The notes under the pieces are model-generated. The model saw only the letters and a program-made list of their open reading frames with translations. It did not search any database and was not told the DNA's origin. A program made the translations under genes and the position numbers. DNA of 63,985 nucleotides, filler included, from Candidatus Limnocylindrales bacterium (lineage in GTDB: Bacteria; Moduliflexota; Moduliflexia; Moduliflexales; JAUQPW01), in assembly GCA_035559535.1 (NCBI GenBank). It is 3 parts of 3 records of this genome, joined end to end, with 100 filler letters (N's around TTAATTAATTAA, not from the genome) between each part and the next. Parts side by side here need not be neighbours in the genome. Positions count along the whole stretch, not along the records: positions 1 to 28,238 come from DATMBG010000047.1; 2 more parts are not named here. One strand, written 5' to 3'. This document shows positions 10,518-19,869 of the stretch, in pieces. The stretch's first letter is position 1; every line of letters begins with the position of its first letter.

Positions 10518-11489
10518 ATGAAGGTACTGGTTACTGGAGCAACGGGGTTTCTGGGATCCCACATCTGCCGACGGATGGTTGCAGAAGGCCATGAAGTTCG
10601 TATCCTTTCCCGTGCGACTTCTAACCTTCAGATTCTAGAAGGGCTTCCCGTAGAACGGATAACAGGGGACATCACAGATCCCCGCCATGTGGAACTGGCC
10701 GTCAAAGATCAAGAGTGGGTCATCCATGCGGCAGCCCATTTAAGTCATTGGAAACGGGATCAGGTATGGCAAATGAGGGTGAATGGGGAGGGAACCCGTT
10801 ACATAGCTCAGGCTTGCCGAAAGGAAGGTGTGAAACGTTTAATTCACGTCAGTTCTGTGGCAGCCATCGGTATCCCAACCGATCCCAGGTATCCGGCCAA
10901 TGAAGATTTTTCCTTCAATCTGGAAGGTTCAGGATTGATTTATCACCTATCTAAGCGGCGGGCAGAAGAAGAGGTAATGGCAGAAGTCACACGCGGTCTG
11001 GATGCTGTGATTGTCAATCCGGCTTCTATTTTTGGACCCTATGGCATCCGATATCGAGGTGCAGAAATGATGAGAAAGGTCCGTTTAACCCGACTTGTTC
11101 CTTATTTCACCGGTGGTATCTGTGTGGTACACGTGCAGGATGTAATTGAGGGAATTTTTGCCGCATTAGAAAGAGGAGTCACCGGTTGCCGATACATCCT
11201 GGGTGGGGAAAACCTCACTTATCAGGCCCTGGTGAAAAGAACTGCCAGAGCTATGAATTTAAGACGGCGATTTATTCCTATCCCCCCCCTGATCACCGGC
11301 CTTGCGGCCATGATCCTGGAGCCCTGGGGCCGTTTACGTAATCGCCGTCCTCGTATTACTTACATAACCCATTATCTGGCCAGCCGATACCACTTTTATG
11401 ATTCAAGCAAAGCCCGCAGAACATTAGGATATGCACCCCGGGATTTCGGAGCCATTCTGGATGAGTGCCTCCGGTTGGGGATGTGTTAG
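10518..11489 (+). CDS. NAD-dependent epimerase/dehydratase (dihydroflavonol-reductase-like extended SDR)
   Basis: VLVTGATGFLG, YxxSK catalytic motif; likely start ATG 10518. Confidence 0.85.
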   Translation: MKVLVTGATGFLGSHICRRMVAEGHEVRILSRATSNLQILEGLPVERITGDITDPRHVELAVKDQEWVIHAAAHLSHWKRDQVWQMRVNGEGTRYIAQACRKEGVKRLIHVSSVAAIGIPTDPRYPANEDFSFNLEGSGLIYHLSKRRAEEEVMAEVTRGLDAVIVNPASIFGPYGIRYRGAEMMRKVRLTRLVPYFTGGICVVHVQDVIEGIFAALERGVTGCRYILGGENLTYQALVKRTARAMNLRRRFIPIPPLITGLAAMILEPWGRLRNRRPRITYITHYLASRYHFYDSSKARRTLGYAPRDFGAILDECLRLGMC

Positions 11490-11490
11490 C

Positions 11491-13179
11491 ATGACGAGGG
11501 TATCTCAATTTAACAGGAGTATCTCAGCTCTGTTTGTATTTGCTACTACCAGACAGATCTTGCCAACCCGATGGAGGATTTTACCGATGGGTCTTAGCTG
11601 GGTAATGCTGAGTCTAAGCTTTATCCTGTTATCTATTCCGGCAAGTGCCCAGGTTGAAATACTCCTCGACAATACTATGACGTATCAAATCATGGAAGGT
11701 TTTGGAGCCACCCATCAAACCTTGATGTTGGGAAATAAAGATACGCTAACCCCGGCACAACGCCTTCAGGCAGTTGATGCACTCTTCAACCAGGTCAGGA
11801 TCACAACCGGTCAGGTACCCAATCTTTTTGAAGCTCCTGCCCATTCCAGTAATCCGTTCAGAGACCAGGCTAATGATAATAAGGATCCTTTCGACATAAA
11901 TTGGAAGGGATTTCATTCCGCTCAATACGGTGATCTCTTTAAACAAAAAGTTATGGATCTTGCTCCTCCAGAAGCTCTTAACGGGCTTTATCCTGCAACC
12001 CAGATCAGCACCCGCTGGGGAGCTAAATGGCTTGGAAAGCTAGGCGTTTCGGATTATAACCGTTACCTGAATGAGTGTGCGGAGCAGGTCCTGGCGGGTA
12101 TCATTTACTGGAAAAATAAGTATGGAAAAGAACCTCGTTATGCTCATCTCTTTAATGAACCGACATCAGGAAACAGGGAGTTGGATCCTATAACAGATGC
12201 TCAGGCCGTAGTTGATATCATCAAAGGGGCCGGGAACCGGTTACGTAAAGCCGGTTTTAATAGGGTCAAGTTTGTTGTTCCCAACGAGGAAACGGAGAAG
12301 AGATCGCTGGAGGTTGCCGCCAAGATCCTGGCCGATCCAGAAGCCAGACAGTATGTAGGGGTCCTTGGCTACCATCCGTATCCCTATGGATCACCGTATG
12401 CTTATATTCCCAACCTTTTGAAGGAATCTGGAACAGGTCATCCCAATCCGGAAGGTATTCAACTTCGGAGACAATTACGTAATCTTGCAGAACCGTATAA
12501 GATTCCCTTATGGATGACAGAGGTATCCCATGGTTACTTCATGGAAGATCATATCCCCGCAACAGCATTTGATGCCTTGAGAGGGCGAGCTATTCATATT
12601 CATGATGAACTGGTCTATGCCCATGCAGCAGGGTTCTTTGGGATGAATAGTATGTGGGATAGTACGATAGATAAACTTCATTTTGAAGGTAATAGATCCA
12701 AACTCCATATCTGGTGGAATATCCTTGCAACCCGACGGCGGTTTGGCAGCGATCCGCCCCAGTTACTCACACGAAATATAGATACCATCGTACTGATTGA
12801 TACGGACCATGATAAAGTTTATATCACGGGTATGGGGTATGCGATAGGTCACTATGCTCGATGGATCCGGCGTGGGGCGATCCGCATCGAAGGGAAGAGC
12901 AGTGATCCCCTTGTCCAGGTTACCTCCTTCCGTGATGATAACCAGGGACGAATTGTACTCGTTTTGATTAACAATGCGCCTGAAAGTAAGATGGTGAAGA
13001 TTAACCTTCGCGGAATTGCTCTAACAGGGAGTCTGGTTGGGGAACAGTCTACGGTTGCAGCGTACTGGAAACCCCTCGAACCCTTTTCAACAACTACCCC
13101 TACCGCTTTCAACTTGACCCTGCCAGCCGAAAGTGTGACGACTGTCGCAGGACAGATAGGAGGATTGAGTAACAACTAA
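11491..13179 (+). CDS. Secreted glycoside hydrolase, GH30-like
   Basis: Signal peptide ending ASA-Q, YQ.MEGFG, FNEP (acid/base), LWMTE (nucleophile), C-terminal beta domain LPA.SVTT; start may be 11587. Confidence 0.75.
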   Translation: MTRVSQFNRSISALFVFATTRQILPTRWRILPMGLSWVMLSLSFILLSIPASAQVEILLDNTMTYQIMEGFGATHQTLMLGNKDTLTPAQRLQAVDALFNQVRITTGQVPNLFEAPAHSSNPFRDQANDNKDPFDINWKGFHSAQYGDLFKQKVMDLAPPEALNGLYPATQISTRWGAKWLGKLGVSDYNRYLNECAEQVLAGIIYWKNKYGKEPRYAHLFNEPTSGNRELDPITDAQAVVDIIKGAGNRLRKAGFNRVKFVVPNEETEKRSLEVAAKILADPEARQYVGVLGYHPYPYGSPYAYIPNLLKESGTGHPNPEGIQLRRQLRNLAEPYKIPLWMTEVSHGYFMEDHIPATAFDALRGRAIHIHDELVYAHAAGFFGMNSMWDSTIDKLHFEGNRSKLHIWWNILATRRRFGSDPPQLLTRNIDTIVLIDTDHDKVYITGMGYAIGHYARWIRRGAIRIEGKSSDPLVQVTSFRDDNQGRIVLVLINNAPESKMVKINLRGIALTGSLVGEQSTVAAYWKPLEPFSTTTPTAFNLTLPAESVTTVAGQIGGLSNN

Positions 13180-13254
13180 CTATCACTAACTATACCTCAT
13201 CGGTGGATGATTTGATGACTCTGTCAGATCATCTAGACTAAGAGAGCGTAAATT

Positions 13255-14541
13255 ATGGAATACTGGAAGGTAGGATTAGTAGGATTAGGTAAATTAGGCA
13301 TGCCCGTAGCTCTGGCTATGTCTATGAAGGGTCATGATGTTATGGGGTATGATATAGATACAGGGAAAATGCAGAAAGAGCAGTTTCCACACCGTGAGGC
13401 GGGTCCAAATGGAGAACCATCCATAGAACCACTCCTCAGGAAAAGTTCCCTCCGATTCGGATCGCTTAAGGAAGTTGTACGCCACGCAGATATCATATTT
13501 TTAGCGGTCCAAACTCCCCATGATCCACGCTACGAAGGAGTAACTCGATTACCTAAAGAGCGGATGGATTTCGATTATAGTTATTTAAAAAATGCAATGC
13601 GCAGTCTGGCGATGGCTATCAAGGAAAATGGCAAAGATAAAATTGTTGTTATCATCTCCACTGTACTGCCGGGCACCATAAGGGGGGAAATATTACCTCT
13701 TATTAACGATTATGTTAAACTGTGCTATAATCCTTTCTTCATAGCCATGGGCAGTACGATCACCGACTTTCTTAACCCAGAGTTTGTGTTATTTGGAGTT
13801 AGAGATAAAGAGGCCGCAGAGAGAGCAAAGCAGTTCTACAGAACACTTCACAACAAACCGTTCTACGAGACCACGATTGAGAATGCAGAACTTATCAAGG
13901 TAGTTTACAATACCTATATTACCATGAAGATCTGTTACGCCAACACCTTGATGGAAATATGCCACAAGATCCCGGGGTGTAATGTGGATGTGGTCACCAA
14001 TGCCCTTGCGTTAGCTACAGATCGCCTTATAAGCTCGCGTTATTTACGAGGTGGAATGGGAGATGGAGGGGGCTGCCATCCCAGGGACAATATTGCCCTA
14101 TCCTGGCTGGCCAGGGAGCTCAACCTATCCTATGACTGGTTCGAACATGTGATGATCTGTAGAGAGAGGCAAACAGAGTGGTTGGCAGATCTCATTGAAG
14201 ACCATCACAGACGTCGGGGTTACCCCCATCATCTGGTGGGTATATATGGGAGGTCGTTCAAGGCTGGAACCAATCTTACCGTAGGCAGTCCGGCTACCCT
14301 GTTAGCTAATATCCTGGAAGAGCGTGGCTTTGAAGTCTGCATGTATGATCCTTATATAGATGCCGGATCCTGTCCCTTTCGGTGGTCGGGGGTATATTTT
14401 ATTGCAACCAATCATAAGGAGTTCAGTGAGCCAGATTGGCATTTCCCCCCCAGGTCTGTTATTATCGACCCCTGGCGTTACATTCCAAAGCGAGAAGGTG
14501 TAGAAATCATCCCTGTAGGAATCAATGAAAATAACTTTTAA
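13255..14541 (+). CDS. UDP-glucose/GDP-mannose dehydrogenase family protein (divergent)
   Basis: GLGKLG Rossmann motif, STVLPG, YNP.F, GGGCHPRD catalytic Cys. Confidence 0.8.
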   Translation: MEYWKVGLVGLGKLGMPVALAMSMKGHDVMGYDIDTGKMQKEQFPHREAGPNGEPSIEPLLRKSSLRFGSLKEVVRHADIIFLAVQTPHDPRYEGVTRLPKERMDFDYSYLKNAMRSLAMAIKENGKDKIVVIISTVLPGTIRGEILPLINDYVKLCYNPFFIAMGSTITDFLNPEFVLFGVRDKEAAERAKQFYRTLHNKPFYETTIENAELIKVVYNTYITMKICYANTLMEICHKIPGCNVDVVTNALALATDRLISSRYLRGGMGDGGGCHPRDNIALSWLARELNLSYDWFEHVMICRERQTEWLADLIEDHHRRRGYPHHLVGIYGRSFKAGTNLTVGSPATLLANILEERGFEVCMYDPYIDAGSCPFRWSGVYFIATNHKEFSEPDWHFPPRSVIIDPWRYIPKREGVEIIPVGINENNF

Positions 14542-14596
14542 CCCCTCTGCCCAAAACAGGTAAGCGTTTGGCTATCAGCCCAATGCTTTTTAACTG

Positions 14597-15667
14597 ATGC
14601 TGAAGAGTTATTCTAACCCTATGGATAAGAAGCCACAACCTCTGGTTAGCGTTTGTATTTCGGCCTACAACGTAAAGCAGGTATTAGGTGCAGCCTTAGG
14701 CTCAGTACTGGCCCAAACCTATAAAAATATAGAGGTTATTCTCATAGATAATGGTTCAACGGATGGTACCTACGATGTGGCCCGGTCTGTTGTTGATGAA
14801 AGGCTTCGTTGTATCCGATTCCCTTCAAACATAGGTGGCTATCAGGCGATGAATGAGGCGATAAAGATGTCCAAGGGTGAGTTTGTGGCCGTCTACCACT
14901 CTGATGATATCTATGAACCTACGATAGTTGAGAAAGAAGTGAACTACCTTCAGACCTATCCCCAGGTCGGAGCTGTATTTTGCCTGGATCATTTCATGGA
15001 TTACGAGGGAAGAATTTTCGGCGGAGCCAGCCTACCCCGGGAGTTTTTGGGGCGGGAGTGGCTGGTATATGAGGAGGTTTTCCCTTTCCTCCTCCGAAAT
15101 AAAAACATACTGTTCTGCTGTCCGACCTTTATGACAAGACGTAAGACTTTAGAGGTTGTAGGACTCTTTAACCCGGAAAAGTACGGCATTGGGGCTGACC
15201 TGGAGATGTGGATACGGATCTTACGTAAATTTCCCGTCGGTATTCTCAATGAACGGCTCATGCGATATCGAGTTGGAAGAAACCAATGGTCTAATCGCTA
15301 TAACTATCTGAGAACGGACCCGGAGGCTTCCTTCTTTGTTTTAGATGACTACCTGGAACAGGATCAATGGCTCCAAAGGCTGAGTCCTACTGATCTGGTT
15401 GAATATACCTTTCATCGTTGCGATGATAACACATTCCGGGCAGCCAATTGGGTGATTCGTGGTAATACCCCTAATGCCCTCGAACTTCTAAAGCAACCCT
15501 ATCCCTGGCGAACCCTTCTTACAAACATCCAACGGCGTAAGCTTCGGGTGTTACTATTACGAATGCTTATATATAGTGGACTAACCCTGGGGGCTGTTCG
15601 TCCCTTAGCCCGGTTTCTCATATGGAGTGAATACAGAGGCCCTAAGTACAAAACCAGAGCGGAATAA
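14597..15667 (+). CDS. Glycosyltransferase family 2
   Basis: VSVCI.AYN, IDNGSTD, HSDD, D..MW.R. Confidence 0.9.
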   Translation: MLKSYSNPMDKKPQPLVSVCISAYNVKQVLGAALGSVLAQTYKNIEVILIDNGSTDGTYDVARSVVDERLRCIRFPSNIGGYQAMNEAIKMSKGEFVAVYHSDDIYEPTIVEKEVNYLQTYPQVGAVFCLDHFMDYEGRIFGGASLPREFLGREWLVYEEVFPFLLRNKNILFCCPTFMTRRKTLEVVGLFNPEKYGIGADLEMWIRILRKFPVGILNERLMRYRVGRNQWSNRYNYLRTDPEASFFVLDDYLEQDQWLQRLSPTDLVEYTFHRCDDNTFRAANWVIRGNTPNALELLKQPYPWRTLLTNIQRRKLRVLLLRMLIYSGLTLGAVRPLARFLIWSEYRGPKYKTRAE

Positions 15668-15787
15668 TTTATTTCCAGTTGAAGGGGTTGAAGTGGCAGA
15701 AAATTTACCCCCTTCACCACGTTATACAACCCTTAATTTTAAAAGGCTGCTATGCGGTAGATTACCATTCCTGGAGGTTACTGAAGT

Positions 15788-16921
15788 ATGATAAATCCCA
15801 CCGATATCAAATTATTCATTGATCCCTTCTCGCACCATTTCCAGCAAGATACCTTGTTTGACATAAACAAATGCAGGCTGGATGGGGATAATATTTTAGC
15901 ACCCTATGTTTATCTGAGAAACTGGTTCGAAGATAGAGGGATTGAAGTTCATACTGCCGATCATCTCTTACAGAGACAGGGGCTTGGGGCAAAGAATGTA
16001 TATATCTCCTTCGGGATCCAGGACCACTATCGTACTCTGGCAAGGTGGCCTGATGTAATACTCAGTGCCTTCTTCGCCTTCGAAGGTCCTATTGTAGAGC
16101 CGACTCTATACCTGGGATTAACGAAAGCACAAAAATACTTCAAACGGATTTTCTCCTTCAGCGATGCTGAATCACTTAAGCCTTTTTTGCGGGGTCCGCT
16201 TCAATGTTTTAAGTTCCATATCCCCCAGTCTTTTGAATCGGTACATGAGGAAATCTGGGGTCAGGAAGACCGAAAATTCCTTGTGATGATCACTGCAAAC
16301 AAGCTTCCCAGGTTGTACTATCAAGAACTTTATACTGAGCGGCGGCGTGCCGTGGAGTACTTCAGTCGAACGGGAGAGATCGATCTGTACGGTGTCGGTT
16401 GGGATGGTCCAGCCCACCGGGTGGGTAAAACACGGGTCCCTTACACGTTTCGTCGACTCCATAAAAGATTTCTGTATTACTGGCAGCGCTTCTCTCCTGA
16501 TCCCCTTTTAGAAGCGTGCAGACGGGTCTATCGTGGACCTGCCATATCGAAGCGCGAGACCCTGGGTCAGTATACCTTTGCCCTATGTTTTGACAACCAG
16601 ATCCTCAATGGCTGGCTTACTGAAAAGATTTTTGACTGTTTCTTTGCAGGGACCATTCCCATTTACCTGGGAGCCCCGGATATCGAAACCTACATTCCAA
16701 AAGAATGTTTTATAGACCTGCGGCAATTCTCGGGGTATGGCGAATTACGTAGTTACTTGAAGTCGCTAACCAAGAAGGATATTCGGCGTTACAAGGAGAG
16801 TGCTAGAGAATATTTGAGATCTCCACAATATCGGCCTTTTACGAAGATAGCTTTTACCGAGCTCATTGCCCGTATTGTGGAGGAAGATACCGGAATTAAA
16901 CTCTTAGAAGCTTCGGTATGA
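15788..16921 (+). CDS. Glycosyltransferase, GT10 (fucosyltransferase)-like
   Basis: Y.F.LCFDN...GW.TEKIFD...AGT.PIY.GA alpha-1,3-fucosyltransferase-type motif. Confidence 0.7.
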   Translation: MINPTDIKLFIDPFSHHFQQDTLFDINKCRLDGDNILAPYVYLRNWFEDRGIEVHTADHLLQRQGLGAKNVYISFGIQDHYRTLARWPDVILSAFFAFEGPIVEPTLYLGLTKAQKYFKRIFSFSDAESLKPFLRGPLQCFKFHIPQSFESVHEEIWGQEDRKFLVMITANKLPRLYYQELYTERRRAVEYFSRTGEIDLYGVGWDGPAHRVGKTRVPYTFRRLHKRFLYYWQRFSPDPLLEACRRVYRGPAISKRETLGQYTFALCFDNQILNGWLTEKIFDCFFAGTIPIYLGAPDIETYIPKECFIDLRQFSGYGELRSYLKSLTKKDIRRYKESAREYLRSPQYRPFTKIAFTELIARIVEEDTGIKLLEASV

Positions 16922-17619
16922 ATCGGGCTATTAATACCTCGGTCCGGCTGTTTTCCGAAAGTTTTACACCTCTCGATCCTGTGGTGGAGATCGGGTCCCT
17001 CTTTCTACCGGGTTATGAGAAACTCTCCAATCTCCGCCCTTATTTCAAGGGACTGAATTACATCGGTTGTGACATCCGTCGAGGCCTGGGAGTCGATCTG
17101 ATTGTGGATGCTCATACTTTGAGTTTCACCGATGGCTCGGTTGGGACGGTGCTCCTTTTTGAGATTCTGGAACACCTCCCCCATCCTGAAAAAGCAATTG
17201 CAGAAGCACGACGAATACTGCGAGATGATGGATTATTAGCTTTGAGTGTTCCATTTAACTACCGTTTGCACGGATTTCCGACGGACTATTGGCGATTTAC
17301 CTCCAGTGGGGTTTACACATTACTGGCCGACTTCCCGGACAAAGTTATCTTTGCTCTGGGTCCCAAAGTGAAACCAGCCTTCATCTTTGCGGTTGCTGCC
17401 AAACGCATTTCACAACATTTCATAGAGAGAAAAGCTTTATTTCAATCCAGGGTTCAAGAAACCTTTCAAAATTCCAGACTTCAAGGGCACATCAGCGTTT
17501 TAAAGGAAAGGAGCAGAGACTTCTTCGGGCATCTCCTCGGACGAGCAGAGTTGTCTGCCGTATTTTTCGATCCGTCGCAGGACGGTGGATATATAAGCAA
17601 AAAACCTCCGAGAGCATGA
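16918..17619 (+). CDS. Methyltransferase type 11-like protein
   Basis: VVEIGS, G.D...G.GVD..D, E.LEH, H..P.DYWRFT. Confidence 0.75.
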   Translation: MNRAINTSVRLFSESFTPLDPVVEIGSLFLPGYEKLSNLRPYFKGLNYIGCDIRRGLGVDLIVDAHTLSFTDGSVGTVLLFEILEHLPHPEKAIAEARRILRDDGLLALSVPFNYRLHGFPTDYWRFTSSGVYTLLADFPDKVIFALGPKVKPAFIFAVAAKRISQHFIERKALFQSRVQETFQNSRLQGHISVLKERSRDFFGHLLGRAELSAVFFDPSQDGGYISKKPPRA

Positions 17620-17763
17620 GGTAAAAGTTGCCGAAATGAGTCAAAAGTAGCTTGAGAGGATTGTTTCGAAACTTGTGATAGTCGGTTTGGTCAAAAGTAG
17701 CTTGAGAACCATTGAAAACTCTACTTAACAAGATCTCTTAAATCCCCAAGCATTGAGGTTTAA

Positions 17764-18705
17764 ATGAGCAATCTTATTTTTATAAGCGGTGATTTCTCCT
17801 CTGGGAGTACCCTGCTCTTTACACTCTTTCGAAAAACAGGAGAATATTATTGCCTTTACGAACCATTACATGAGAAACTACTGGAATATCTCATATGGCC
17901 CCTTCAAGTAGATGAGCATCACTTCTTCGTTGAAAACTACTTCACAGAGTTCAAGGGATTTCGTAAAATCCCGGAATTATTCAATCCGGAATGGGGTACT
18001 CAAAATTTATACTTACCTCCTACAGCCAGGGAAGACGAGTTATATCGCTATCTCAGTTATTTAATTGGAACGGCTTTTGGCCGATCATCCAAGGTTTTGT
18101 TAAAGGAGAACCGGATAACTTTTCGATTGGGTTGGATCCGTGCTAATTTCCCCTATGCCAAGATCATCCATATTTATCGAGATAAACAAGCTCAATGGAA
18201 TAGCGTTGTCCGAAGAGTACAGGCGCATCTCGGTAGAGAGGATGTGGGACAGGGAGAGGTAACATTTGAGGGATTCAGAATGGCCTCCTGGTGTGAAGAC
18301 CTTAAAAGCATATTTCCGCAACTCGATGCGAAACACTTTAAAACAGGATACGAACGATTCTGCAAGTTATGGGAATTAAGCTATGCTGAGAATCAACGTT
18401 ACGCCGATATATCTATTGATTATTGGGCGTTAACCCATGATTTTGAAGTAACCTTTGAACGGATAAGGAATTGTATCGGCGGCAACTTTGATATTCCCTC
18501 CCTCAAGCAATTTGTTATTCCTCCTGAGAAGCAGAAGCCACTTGAAAGACATCCATCAGGCATAAGGCGGCGCATACAGAATTTATTAGAGGAAATCGGG
18601 CGAAAATATTCAAAAACTGTCCTTCTGACCCGCTCCCTCTTACAGGGGAGAAACAACCTGGTGAAAAACTTATTGAACTCAAGATCCAGACAAAAGAGCA
18701 GATAA
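17764..18705 (+). CDS. Sulfotransferase-family protein
   Basis: IFISG..SSGSTLL 5'-PSB-like loop, YEP, LKE.R, FP.AKIIH.YRD...W.S 3'-PB motif. Confidence 0.7.
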   Translation: MSNLIFISGDFSSGSTLLFTLFRKTGEYYCLYEPLHEKLLEYLIWPLQVDEHHFFVENYFTEFKGFRKIPELFNPEWGTQNLYLPPTAREDELYRYLSYLIGTAFGRSSKVLLKENRITFRLGWIRANFPYAKIIHIYRDKQAQWNSVVRRVQAHLGREDVGQGEVTFEGFRMASWCEDLKSIFPQLDAKHFKTGYERFCKLWELSYAENQRYADISIDYWALTHDFEVTFERIRNCIGGNFDIPSLKQFVIPPEKQKPLERHPSGIRRRIQNLLEEIGRKYSKTVLLTRSLLQGRNNLVKNLLNSRSRQKSR

Positions 18706-18722
18706 AGAATGGAAATATAATC

Positions 18723-19808
18723 ATGGCAAGAAGGACCTCTACAATCATCTCTCAAGATATCGAGCATATTATTCAAGACCTCAGGGATCATTTTCAGGCC
18801 TTAAGGGGTACGACTCTTCTGGTTACAGGTGCAAATGGCTTCTTATGTAGTTACTTTGTCGAGACGGTAGCTGTTTTGAATGAAAAAGGACTGAATCCGC
18901 CTTGTCAGGTAATAGTCGTAGATAACCTGCAAACAGGTTTTTCCGAGCGGTTCAAGCATCTGGAAAGTCGAAAAGAAATTTGTTTTATCCAACAAGATGT
19001 AACGTTTCCTGTAAACCTGGATCAAAGGGTGGATTGGATCATCCACGGTGCAAGTATTGCCTCTCCTACCCTTTATAGGCAATATCCGCTTCAAACGATT
19101 GATGTCAATGTAATAGGCACCCGACAAATGCTGGAGCTGGCCCGTCAAAACCGGGTATGGAGTATGCTTTACTTGAGTACCAGTGAAATTTATGGGGATC
19201 CGGATCCGGCCTTCATCCCAACTCCAGAAGAATATCGGGGAAATGTATCCTGTACCGGACCTCGGGCCTGCTATGATGAATCCAAGCGTTTAGCAGAGAC
19301 GCTTTGTATGACCTACTATCGACTTTTTAAGATCCCGGTGAAGATTGTGCGACCTTTCAATGTGTATGGACCCGGTCTACGATTGGAGGATGGACGCATC
19401 ATCCCCGATTTGATGAGATCCGTTCTTCATCGTCAACCCCTAGTGTTATATAGTAACGGTCGTGCAACCCGGGCCTTTTGTTATATTACAGATGCGGTTC
19501 GCGCCATGTGGTATGTGTTATTGTCCGATACAAACGGCGAAGTGTTCAACGTTGGGAATGATGAAAAGGAGATCAGTATTCGAGAACTTGCAGAATTAGT
19601 CCGTCAAATTGCAGGTCCCCCGTGGTTAGAGATTGAATATCGAGTCAGCGAGGATGTGGATTATCTGAAAGATAACCCTCAGCGTCGCTGTCCTGATTTG
19701 ACTAAACTACGAAGGCGGTTTCCCTGGCAACCCAAAGTCTCCCTGGTTGAGGGATTGAAGCGAACTTTGTGCTCCTACCTGGAAGGGTCTGCAATAAAAG
19801 ATATCTAA
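18723..19808 (+). CDS. UDP-glucuronate decarboxylase-like NAD-dependent epimerase/dehydratase
   Basis: TGANGFL, ASIASP, STSEIYGDP, GPRACYDESKR, R.PD. Confidence 0.85.
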   Translation: MARRTSTIISQDIEHIIQDLRDHFQALRGTTLLVTGANGFLCSYFVETVAVLNEKGLNPPCQVIVVDNLQTGFSERFKHLESRKEICFIQQDVTFPVNLDQRVDWIIHGASIASPTLYRQYPLQTIDVNVIGTRQMLELARQNRVWSMLYLSTSEIYGDPDPAFIPTPEEYRGNVSCTGPRACYDESKRLAETLCMTYYRLFKIPVKIVRPFNVYGPGLRLEDGRIIPDLMRSVLHRQPLVLYSNGRATRAFCYITDAVRAMWYVLLSDTNGEVFNVGNDEKEISIRELAELVRQIAGPPWLEIEYRVSEDVDYLKDNPQRRCPDLTKLRRRFPWQPKVSLVEGLKRTLCSYLEGSAIKDI

Positions 19809-19869
19809 ACATTAAACCCTGGATGGTAAAATAAATGAACTGCGACTTAAAGTCTGCTGAGGAATTTAA

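Noticed and set aside
8915-11489. Hopanoid cluster (hpnJ/hpnA)
   Set aside because: Family resemblance only; no squalene synthase or cyclase, and the context is polysaccharide
15754-15760. ops/JUMPStart element (GCGGTAG)
   Set aside because: Partial match only, mid-cluster, and no RfaH-like gene visible
17620-17710. Mini CRISPR array
   Set aside because: Only two 18-bp copies, too short, and no cas genes
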